The notes beneath the pieces are model-generated. The model was not told the DNA's origin. It made no database searches and saw only the letters and a program-made list of their open reading frames with translations. A DNA stretch of 64,000 nucleotides from Nemertoderma westbladi. Lineage: Eukaryota > Animalia > Xenacoelomorpha. Of the stretch, positions 13,478 to 23,840 are shown piece after piece (the stretch's first letter is position 1; every line of letters begins with the position of its first letter). The stretch covers positions 1 through 64,000 of the forward strand of contig JAUCBJ010006943.1 in the NCBI GenBank assembly GCA_032718475.1. Direction: 5' to 3'. Position numbers and translations under genes: made by a program.

Positions 13478-14262
13478 TGTGACGGGATCAGAGATCCCGA
13501 CCGGGTAGGTTGTTTTGTACGCGTCACTGCAGGCTGGGATGGTGTCACTGATGTCTTGGCCGAGGCCGTTGGAGAAAAGCACTCAGAGTTAATGTTGTTC
13601 CTTGGCGTTGTAATATAATAATAATAGCACAGTTAATACGATGTCGGATGACAATATTGCTTGATACCGGTAATAGATTGATATACAGCCGATGTTGATG
13701 ACGGTAAAACAATATTACCGGTCTGCACTGAAACTGGGTAACTAACTAAACTGAATCACAAACCGGTAGCAGGAGATAATATATGATTGATATACCAATA
13801 TTACTTCATTATACATTTATAAGGGATCTAGGGGTCTTTGCCTCGAATGATAAGTTTATTTTACCGAAAATAAGACCCCTAGATCCCTTATAAATGTATA
13901 ATAACAAACACCTCGAAAAATACAGCTTGCCAACACATTGTTACTATCAATATTACTTCACTCCTACGCTACCTTGGCCTGTTACCTAATGGATGCTCTC
14001 CTTTGTCCTTATTGGCTAATACCCTACTTGTCGCCCTTTCACTCTCTGGGAGTGTTTCCCCTCTGCTGCTAGCCTCTACTAGCTGTGTTTGACCTCTAAC
14101 CTTCCTTTGTGTGTGGCTTCGGGGCTTGTGTTGCCCCCCCCCCCCCAAATGTTGGTTGTGATACGAGATTAATATTGCTAATCTCGTATCTCCAACATAT
14201 TGCTGAAAATGCCACCATCCCATTTTCTGGTGGGTAATGAGGCGGAATTGAATCCGCTTACA
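13478..14262 (-). repeat. 5' LTR of the BEL element, containing a 139-bp insertion
   Basis: Matches 6528-7176 apart from scattered changes and the insert at 13809-13947. Confidence 0.93.
13809..13947. mobile_element. Small hairpin-headed insertion with a 13-bp TSD
   Basis: CAATATTACTTCA duplicated at 13796-13808 / 13948-13960; perfect 31-bp inverted repeat 13808-13838 / 13872-13902; absent from the other LTR. Confidence 0.85.
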
Positions 14263-15394
14263 AAACCTGCGCGGTATGGTATAAACAATCGACCATTGAA
14301 TGACGCTAGAATACCATTCAAATACGCATCCGATCCATAACCGATTGCACTCAAGCAGGCAAATAAACCCGACAAACGAACCCTAACTCAACCGGGCCAA
14401 ACCAAACCTGCCAAACGTGTCAAAACTACCTTAGCCCAAGAACCCGAGACCCAACCTAGTCAACCCCAACAACGTGTTGCACCACACTATGTGGAAAGGA
14501 ACGATACTGTCGTAATTAAACTTGTTGATTCAAAGAGAAAGAAACTTGGTGGACGAAATATTACGTGTGATCGGCTCTATACATCCATACGATTGTTGCG
14601 AGAATTACAATCTCGTAATATTACACTAATAGGTACCATTCAAACGAATCGGAAAGGTGTGCCACCAATTCTCGCAACAATAGAAAACCGTTCGTTGAGC
14701 GTGAAGGCATTATGGGAGATAGGCAGGGGCAAACTTACAAGCTGTCTGATGATGTCATAAGTAGTGCAAACAAAGAGCACGGGAAAGAGGTTCGTATTGA
14801 CCGCATTAATTATATTGAGGTTATTCTATACCGCAGCCCCCCCCCCCCCCCCCCCCGCCCCATAGTTTTAGCATACGGTTGGTAATTAATTTATTATTAA
14901 GTTATCATTAGGTAATTAATAGTTTGTTATTGATTTCTCAGCTATAGTTGGATGTATATGGATATTCATAAATTTTCAGAAATGTGTTGATGCTGACATC
15001 AACTAAACCGCTGCTAGGAATAACTAAGGACGACGGAAAATGCAAACCCGCGCTTTACAAAGCATACGATTACACGATGGGTGGGACCGACCAGGTAGAC
15101 CAGCGTATTGGAAAGTATTCAGTAAAAACCAAGAGTCGACGGTGGCCTATGGTTGCGTTTTCCTATACGCTGGATACTGCAAGAGTCAACGCGCAATCAC
15201 TTGTTGCTCTAAATAGAAAACGTAACCCTCGGCTGGAGGAGTCGTTTACTCAGGGGTGGGAGCTCGCTCTCGGGCTTGTTAAGCCCAACATCGAGAGGCG
15301 CTCGAACTTATTTCTCCCGCTTACTGTTTGCAATAAAATTAAATTTATGTTGGGGGACATAAAGCCATGGAAGCAGCCCTCAACCCCGCGATCA

Positions 15395-15625
15395 TTGACC
15401 CCACAACCCATGACCGCGAAGCCAACGACCCCACAGCCAATGACCGCGAGGCCAACGACCCCACAGCCCATGACCGCGAGGCCAACGACCCCACAGCCAG
15501 CCCATGACCGCGAGGCCAACGACCCCACAACCCATAACCGCCAGGTCAACGACCCCACAATCCATAGCCGCGAGTCCAACGACCCCGCAGCCCCTGACCG
15601 CGACACCAACGACCCCACAGCTAAC
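15395..15625 (+). repeat. 30-bp coding minisatellite (TPQPMTARPT)n in the piggyBac C-terminal linker
   Basis: GCCAACGACCCCACAGCC(C/A)ATGACCGCGAG units, about 7 copies; one indel shifts the frame. Confidence 0.88.
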
Positions 15626-16212
15626 CCCCACCACGATGTCAGCAATCCCACTATCGTCGACCTTGCCTCAAACAACCCCTGGGCCAACAACGTCACAACC
15701 CAGTAGTGGGTCGCGGGAAGCTCCTACCATTCCCCGTGCAATCAATCTTTTTCCAAATAAACTGGAAATGCAGAAGAGGAAGCGCTGCGTTGCATGCGTT
15801 TCCGAAGTCGGTGGTGTTGGATATAAAGTAACAAAATCCAATTTACTGAAAGTAGGTACTTGTTGCAATTCCTGCGGCAATCCCACGTGCCTTACCCATG
15901 CAATAGTGCTTTGTAAAGATTGTAAACCAGTTTTCTAATCTGAATTTATTTTCGTATTATCTTCTTTAGTGTTTATTATTATGTACAATTATATAGTATA
16001 TTTTGTGATTTATGTAACAACATTAATCCCGGGATAAATTTCGAATTTAGGGGGGGGGGGGGGGGGGGGGGGGGTGGTGGTGTTTCAAGGGGTCCATTTT
16101 GCTTATTTAGTTTCATACTCCTTGGATTCTTGACGCTCGGTCGTCTTAATAACATATCAACTGGTGGTGTAAAAATAAACAAACCGGGTGGATTTAATAC
16201 TGTATATTTGAA

Positions 16213-16860
16213 GTTTCAATGTTTCAATGTTTCAATGTTTATTTTTACCCTTCAAATAATAATTCAAAATAACAATAACTCAGTATAAAATAGAAATTAA
16301 CATGAATACATACTATATATGGTAAGTTCTATATAAATGGGTACTGGAGAACAGCCAAATAGCAGGGCTAGTAAACGGCTGCCCACCAGTAGGATGGGAT
16401 TATATAAAATGTAAATATATGTAACATTTGATAGAATGGATGTAGTAAGTAGTGGTTTGAAGTAATATTATACTGTAGGGTGTTGCAGATGCAGAATAGA
16501 GAGGTGAAGAAGAAGATGGCATATAGATAGATAGATAATGTAGGTAAGGTAGAGTAGAAAGTAGATAGATAATGTAGGTAAGGTAGAGTAGAGAGTAGAT
16601 AGATAAGAATAGGAAGGATAGGGACTATGTATTAGGAGTGCTAATTTAGCGATAGATTTATGGTAATTAGTTGGGGCAGACTGCGATTTTTTAACATTTT
16701 TTGTTTATACTGTAGGTCTATATATATAATTGTATTTAGTAATACATAAATTTAATTTGGCGAATGACAACGAGTTATTTTAATAGATGGAGATTTAAAC
16801 AGCAAATATTTTAGTAGACGAATTTGTAATATAATTAAATTAAAGGGTTAAAGTTTAAAA
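16213..16860 (-). mobile_element. 3' end of a non-LTR element
   Basis: (GTTTCAAT)n at 16213-16237 reads as an AATAAA-like signal plus microsatellite tail on the minus strand; GC-rich stem-loop-like segment ~16338-16398. Confidence 0.45.
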
Positions 16861-16884
16861 CATGGCCCCGTGCCTGGGTATTGT

Positions 16885-18859
16885 TCATGTAACCTCAAAG
16901 AGAGGAAAACGTGGCCCCGCTTCTGTCTTCAGAAGAGTCGTCTCTTCCGGAATCCAGTTGAGATACTTCAGTGGTAATTTCATGATGACATGATCTGCCA
17001 TTGTTTTCGCGTCACTGATTCGCGCCAACCGGAAACTCGTCTCAGCACGTCGCAACCAAGCTTCAATATCGATTGATTCATCGTAGTCGGGAATTTTTAC
17101 TGATATAGCGGCGACTTTATCAACGCCGAAGGCTCCATTTGCTCCTAGATGTTCATTAGAGTGAAAAGAATGTATTATTGGAGATCTGAGCTTTTCTGGA
17201 ATATATGGACGAGGAACAGATCCAGCTGCAACTAGTAATTGTACATCACCGATTTCAACACTTTCTAATTTATTCAATACTATTGAGTCTAGGGTTTCTT
17301 TCTGTTGTGCACTAGCAATGGCTGGTAAATCGAGTATTAGTTGACTTTCCATATTTGTGTGACTAATATGACTAACACTTTTTTCCTGTTGACATTCTGG
17401 AATTCGAGACAACATATCTGCTACAATGTTTGACTTTCCGGGAACGTAAATTATCTCATCTACATATTCTGAAATAGTAGCCATTCGCTGATGTTGCCAC
17501 CTAGAAGATAGGGCTCGTTTACCAAAAGCGGAGACAAGAGGTCTATGATCTGTCCGTGCTTTAATATGAAATTCTTCACATAGGTGACGAAAATGGCGAG
17601 CAGATTCAGCTAGAGCAAGCATTTCACGTTCAAAAGCAGATCTGTTGGAGTTGGTAGGTCCTAGAACCTTTGAGAAGAAGCCAATTGGTTGGCCATCAGG
17701 CGTCTCTATACTTGCACCAATTGCAGTGTCTGATGCATCTGTTGTTAGTATTAAAGTTGATACGTTATTTGGTATATGAGCTAATGTGACAGATTCAGTT
17801 AAAGCTTTGATTATTTTATGATATGCATTCTCATGTTTGTCTTCCCATACGAATGAATTCTTATCGCGCAACAAAAAGGTTAATGGTTCTAGAATGTATG
17901 CAGCATTTGGTATAAAACGTCGATAATAATTGATAGACCCTAGTCTGCTTCTAAGCTCTGAATATGACGATGGCGAAGGAAGATTAGCAATAACAGAAGT
18001 CTTATCTGTAGGCGCAGTGATACCAGTAGCATCGATGTCAAACCCTAAAAATCGAACCTTCTTCTTCATTATATCACACTTATCGGGATTCAACCTAATA
18101 TTGTGCTTCTGGAACACACTAAATACTCTATCTAAGTCACGACGATGGTCTAATTCGGTTTCTGAGGCTACTAAGACATCGTCAAAGAAATTGTCTGCAC
18201 AATCAGACACTGGTTGTAACACCAAATCTATATGCCGGTGAAATGCTGCTGCAGCATTTTTAAGACCAAATTGAGTTCTGAGAAATTCAAAGAGTCCAAA
18301 TGGAGTAATTACTGCAGTCTTCTTGATTGAATCGCTTGCAACTGGAATTTGAAAATACGCCTGTGTAAGATCCAACTTTGAAAAATACTTTTTTCCAGCT
18401 AACCACGTTGTAACATCCTCCGGATGAGGATTTGGGTACCCATCTTTACGAGTAACTGAATTAAGTCTTCTATAATCCCCACATGGTCGCCAACTTTCGC
18501 CCTTGGGAACCATGTGTAAAGGACTAGACCACTCACTTTCAGATCGACGAACGATTCCAGCCTCTATTAAACCCTTAAAGTACTCTTCCCCAAACTTCAG
18601 CTTAGCAGGTCCCAAGCGATATGGACGTGATTGAACTGGAGGTGAGTCAGCTGTATCTATAGTCATAGGGTGAGCTGTTGGTGTCACATTAAAATTAGGT
18701 GGGCCAAACAATTCAGTGTAGCGTGTGAGTAATAAACGAGTTTCCATGTCTGGAGTTTCTGGAAGCATTACAGAAATCTTTGATATAATTGCTTCATCAT
18801 GTACTAAAATCAGAGAACAGATTCTGTGAGTGAGACTATCATATAACCTCTTCTGTCTT
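16885..18859 (-). mobile_element. Gypsy/Ty3 pol fragment (protease tail-RT-RNaseH-integrase N-terminus) fused in frame to a Gag N-terminal-like segment
   Basis: 627-aa ORF: WSSPLHMVPK, WRPCGDYRRLN, FSKLDL..AY.QIP, TPFGLFEF, FFDD, TDASD.AIGA, TDHRPL, N.VAD.LSR, H...H.G; then VKIPDY...EAWLRRAE..F....I (Gag-like). No LTRs seen. Confidence 0.9.
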
Positions 18860-19469
18860 TATTATATGGTACACCATACTTTTATGTTATGTACATACAT
18901 TTTACAATATATATAGCTGCATAAATTAATTATAATACATATAAAAACAGTGAAACATTTTATATAAGTTGATAGAAAGCCAGCAATTGTGTTTTCTTTA
19001 TGGTGTTTTTTTTTCATTTATATTAGTTAAACACTTTATGTAATTCTATTCTGTAGATCTTCGCAGTAAACTGTTAATTGTTTGTTGCATTCAGTAGCTA
19101 CAATTTATCAATATAGGAATGTTGATTTTAAATGAATTTGAATATTATTTCTAAAATATATTGCATAATACATATTACATATAGTTAATTTTGTGTGTGT
19201 GATGCAAATATTTGGCTAAGCAAGCATAAGAATATTATAAATTTTGTTACGATTTCCTGTCGTTTGTCACAAATCTGAAATTATCTGAAAGATAATACTT
19301 TCTTGGGAACTGAATTTATTCCATTTATTGACATACATAAGTACGTATGCGTATGTGCAATTATTGGATTCATGGGATTGTTTCGAAGGGGTGTGGGTCG
19401 TTTCATTAATGTTGCTAATCGAATGGGCCGGGGAGCGATTATCATATCATTACTATCGGAATTGCAACA

Positions 19470-19680
19470 CAAAAAACCTGTGCGGTCCCCCCAGAAATTT
19501 ACTCCCCAGAGGAAACTCCAGTCGATTTAGCTATCACTTAGGATGCAAGGCAAAGATGCGCCCTGGCTGGTCCCTTCAAAATATTCGTGCCGAAACGAAA
19601 ACTACCCTGGCTCATGTGAGGATCGAACCCACGATCTGCTGGAGATGTGATTTCAAAGCAACCAATACACAAGGTTGAAC
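19470..19680 (-). mobile_element. Possible tRNA-derived SINE
   Basis: B-box-like GTGGGTTCGATCCTCAC on the minus strand (~19616-19634); A box unclear. Confidence 0.35.
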
Positions 19681-20200
19681 CTAATTTTTTACCCCCACGC
19701 CCACATAGCCGAAAACTGTCACTTTTAGTTATCGACGTGCTTTGAAATGTTTTTAAAACGAATTAGAACCTCAAAAAACCGGTATATGTAAAAATTTAGA
19801 TTGATTCCGATAGGTTTACAAATCTGAAAATTACTGGCTACTTGAATTTTTCATTTTAGGTCAGTTTTTCCAAAAAAAACAACACTTCCAGTAACCAACG
19901 TATTTTGAAATATCTTCAGTTGGATTCAGCTCCCAAAAAAACTTTTGTTGGGACGAGATTTAAACAATTAAATGTCAGTAACAAATTCATGAAAAGTGCT
20001 GGCTACTTGAAATTTTGGTTCTGTAAAAAATAAACAAATTTAATTTTTTGAAATTTTTTTTTAATTTGGATTCATAATAGTAAATTCTACCAGCAAAATA
20101 AAAATCAGACGTTTACATTAATATTTGTAGATTTTAGAGGGGGGGAGGGGGGGGGGTCTCGGGGTTACCTTACCACGGCAGTACATACGCGCGCGACCTT

Positions 20201-20260
20201 TTAACCCTATTAGTACCGGGCAAATAAAGTGTCGTACAAATACCGGGTCATATGGGTCTC
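20201..20260 (+). mobile_element. Isolated piggyBac-type left terminus
   Basis: TTAA-CCCTATTAGTACCGGG with a repeated TACCGGG; no matching right end found. Confidence 0.35.
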
Positions 20261-20261
20261 A

Positions 20262-20735
20262 AACATTTGAGAAACACTGCAGTCGTATTATAATCCAAAT
20301 AACTTTCTAGAAATATTATTGTAGCCTACCCTAAATTTGTTATAAACATCAAGATTGAAATTACATCTGGACCATAGAGAATTACAGTAGAAATGAGTAC
20401 AAAAACTACGGAATAAACGTTTTTTCACAAGTAACGAACAGGCACCAAATTTTCTAATTAACATATTTCCTCTTCTATACATAGAATGTAACTGGTTGAT
20501 AATATCAAAATTGTCGCAGGTCGAACTATGCAAAATATGTCCCAAGTATTTATACTGTTCTACTCGCTCGAGTTTAATACCGTTCAAATAGAAATCAGAC
20601 AAGAGTATATTTTTAAACGATTTCGGTACAAAGCACATAAAATTTAGATTTTTTTACATTAATCCTAATAGAATGTTGCGCGCAGTGTAATTCTCATAAA
20701 TTTTTAGTAATCTGTTCATGCCGTAGGCTGAACAA
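20262..20735 (-). pseudogene. LINE RT C-terminal fragment (copies also at ~24550-25150 and ~29360-29985)
   Basis: LERVEQYKYLGHIL...RGNMLIRKF..CS..VK..LFRSFC; triplicated with the tandem unit. Confidence 0.82.
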
Positions 20736-21639
20736 TAAAATTATATTATAATAATTACTAATAATTATAATAATTACATATATACAATGAATATAAGATT
20801 ACATTTTACTGGCATGTAATGTTAATATATTCTTTGTATGGAAGGACAAGATATCTGACAACAGTAAGAACCATAATGAATCTGAAAGTAATTCGCATTT
20901 ATAAACGTTTAAAATTCGTTAGCATGGTTGGGTGGTTTATACACTTCAATAGTTGCTTAGTCTAGTGGTGACATTCCTGTGCTTCCAGTCGGGATGACCT
21001 AGTACTATTCCTTTTGACTCATATTCAGATGGTTGGTCTATCACTAGGGCCTAGTTTTCCAATTCATACACAATGTAATAATAATAACATATTTTACATA
21101 TAACATGCATATCTAAATGTAATACACATTCATATTCTAAACTATAATGTAAAATTACATAAGCAGTTTTATATAGAATGTTTAATAGATTTTTATAAGC
21201 GCCAATAATTTAAGATTAATTTCATCAGTCAAGCATTGATCGCATTCTGTAATAGTGCTACAGTTTTCGAAGGACCAATTTCTGAATTTTAATTATTTTA
21301 TGAGCCATAATATTTCTGTATATAAGTATAAAGAAGCGAATATGAGTAATATATATTATTACAATATCAACCCGATACAATGTCAGTATGACATTTTTGC
21401 ATTAAATATTTAAATGTACTCTAAGGTTAACAAAAACCAATTTTTAAATTTACAATGCAAAAAGTACACAATCTCTATATCATAGTTTTAAATGTTAAAA
21501 TCATATGTATAATCATATATATAATGGTAGTAACTAACATATAAATAGATTTGTTTCGGTCTAATAGTGTTATACCCTGGAAGTAATATCTTCTGAATGT
21601 ACATGGTTCCTGTTATCCCTACCTTCTGCCAGTACTTAC

Positions 21640-21830
21640 ATTCAAAACATCAAAATTTTCTTCTAAATCGAACGCTTGGAATGTTAATAGAATGCGCGGC
21701 TCACCATGGATCTCGTAGTGTTGGTGAGCATTGTTGTCATAGTTGGATGGGTAATTAGGTGAGGTTAATTTACCAACACTTCCAATGGGAACAGTGTAGT
21801 TAGATGCGGTTAAATTACCAACACTTTCAG
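21640..21830 (-). pseudogene. Truncated CUB N-half exon (acceptor and preceding exon deleted)
   Basis: Matches exon 26319-26063 up to 21830, then joins a piggyBac fragment; GTAAGT donor retained. Confidence 0.85.
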
Positions 21831-21859
21831 CACAAATTTACTACCAACACAAATTTACA

Positions 21860-22570
21860 AACATAGTTGTTTGTATGAGGACTCGCACTGCTCTTCTAGA
21901 TCATGCATATAACTTGAATATGGACAATTGGTACTGTAGCTTGCGACTTGAGGCTTATCTGGACTCCAGGAATACCACCATGCTTGGAACTATGTGGCAG
22001 GATAGGGTGTACCAATGGTATTTTGTGAAATACTGTAATCCAGCGCATTGCTTCAGCTAATGCCAGGTGTGATAACGTACTTGACATCAAGTTTCATGAC
22101 AAGAAACTTATACACTTTGTAACAACGATTGACAAAGCTGGGGATGTAGATAAGAAGCGGTATCTACCTGGCGGAGGAGGGTCTCCACTGGAGTATCAGA
22201 AACCAGAAGCGATCGAAAACTATAATCTGTGGATGGGCGGAGTAGACAAGACCGATAACTATATCGCTTCTTGCAATGTGGCCCGCAAGAAATTGAAGAT
22301 TCAATTCTCTAAATCCCAACGAGACTTAATAATTATTCACAGGGGTTCAGTCAGATCACAGGCAACATCCGAAACGCTCCTCTGTTGCACCCATTCCCAC
22401 AAACCCAGAGCACATCATTGACTTTAATCCTGATGGCCGTCGGAAACAATGCAGAATCTGTAGCGCACAGAAAGTCTGGAAAGAAGTGAGGTCCGAATGC
22501 ACTACTTGCGCCAGGAAACCAGGAATGTGTATAGGGGATAACGCATCTGATATATAAAGCAGTTTCATAA
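21860..22570 (+). pseudogene. piggyBac transposase C-terminal fragment (second family); duplicate at ~27520-28240
   Basis: MDNWYCSL, GT, FHDKKLIHFVTT, KP.AI.NYN.WMGGVDKTD, Cys-rich CRIC...CTTC...MC; frameshifted. Confidence 0.85.
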
Positions 22571-22700
22571 GAGGTTTTCCTGTTCTCTGATTTCATTTCT
22601 GATGTCAGTTTTCATGCCTGATCGTCTCACGACACACTGTGACTGTATGTATGTCTGTTTGTTTGTTGTTTTGACTGTTCAAAATAACAATAATGCCAGT

Positions 22701-23499
22701 AGCACAAAAGCAGTATAATATAAAAAACACTACATGAGACCACAACTACAGTACTAAACATACAGTATAATACAAACAATTGGCACAATCACAGAAAGAA
22801 AAAATACACATTCACCCACACATACACACAATGTACTACAAATATTAGTTCATATATTTTTATATAAAAATATATATAAAAATATATATATATATAAAAA
22901 AATATATATAATATATATAAAAAAAAAAAAAAAAAAAAAAAATATATATATATGAACTAATATTTGTAGTACTGTACATTGTGTTTATGTGTGGGTGAAT
23001 GTGTATTTTTTCTTTCTGTGATTGTGCCAATTGTTTGTATTATACTGTATGTTTAGTACTGTAGTTGTGGTCTCATGTAGTGTTTTTTATATTATACTGC
23101 TTTTGTGCTATAATATCCGTTAAGTTACTGTATGGTGGTTATTTGTCTTGTCAGTCAGTGCATTGGTTGTTTTCAGTATTTTGCAGTATTACAACTTAGG
23201 TTAGTACTGGGTTAGGTATTATTATACAGTTTTGATTTTAGGTACCTTACTGTGACTATAGTTAGGCCAGTTTGCAGGACTGCGTTATTATTCCATTATT
23301 ATTATTATGCGATTAGGATTACAGTACATACATATATCACATTCAATATATCTATCTTATATTAGTTAGTTGTGTTTGTTATTGACAATGAATTATAATA
23401 TTAATTCGAAATATATTTACGATATCGCTGTATTGCTCCGTTTACTTATTATTATTAATTTTGCAACTATCTACACTAACTGGAATTACATTACTTCAT
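22701..23499. mobile_element. 799-bp fold-back-headed insertion with a 13-bp TSD
   Basis: CAATAATGCCAGT at 22688-22700 / 23500-23512; ~160-bp inverted arms 22700-22857 / ~22947-23110; empty site in the sister unit at ~28359-28371. Confidence 0.88.
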
Positions 23500-23519
23500 C
23501 AATAATGCCAGTCATATAT

Positions 23520-23840
23520 GCCTTGACAGACTTGCATACAGGCACAGACAGCCTAGAGTCGGTCAGTCGTAAAAACTGACATCAGAAATGAAATCAGAAA
23601 CCTGGAATAGCCCCATAGAGTAAATGTTTTCATTACATAATATGCTTCCTTATATTTTGACAGACAGACTGACAGACAAACAGACATACATACAGACACA
23701 GACACATACATCCTAGTGTTGGTCAGTCGTAGAAACTGACATCACAAATGAAATCAGCGCGACCTGGAAAACCCCCATGGTGAATGTTTTTATTACATAA
23801 TATGCTTCCTTATTTTTTGACAGACATCAGACTGACAGAA
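23520..23840. repeat. ~180-bp tandem units with (CAGA)n microsatellite plus an inverted partial copy at 22570-22680; Helentron/DINE-1-like remnant (copy at ~28240-28700)
   Basis: GGTCAGTCGTA.AAACTGACATCA.AAATGAAATCAG repeated twice; ACAG microsatellites. Family assignment is tentative. Confidence 0.4.

Larger units (their letters stand above)
6528..14262 (-). mobile_element. Non-autonomous BEL/Pao LTR retrotransposon (gag + protease remnants, no recognisable intact RT/RH/IN)
   Basis: Paired TGT...ACA LTRs 6528-7176 and 13478-14262; AAACC TSD 6523-6527 / 14263-14267; PPT at 7177-7185; BEL-type gag and protease on the minus strand. Confidence 0.93.
3028..15938 (+). pseudogene. Intron-containing piggyBac (PGBD4-like) transposase, disrupted; exons ~3028-4071, 6486-6527+14268-14789, 14980-15938
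   Basis: Acidic N-terminus; ELKAFIGLLY, F.ATMARNRF, DRFAA; catalytic SFDETL, TCDRLYTS, GGTDQVDQ; KTYIKTKPARYGI is rejoined across the BEL insertion; GT-AG introns keep phase; C-terminal Cys-rich domain 15780-15925; premature stops at 3329, ~14338 and 14758 plus a frameshift in the 30-bp repeat. Confidence 0.9.

Noticed and set aside
10824-13508. Numerous overlapping ORFs on both strands read as separate genes
   Set aside because: GC-rich, low-complexity BEL leader with few stops; no recognisable domains.
16049-16075. Long G/C homopolymers (also ~4200, 12107, 14837, 42132)
   Set aside because: Simple repeats with error-prone lengths; no specific function supportable.
16840-16851. GGG-TTAA as the right end of the large piggyBac
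   Set aside because: No matching left TIR; it lies within a probable LINE remnant.
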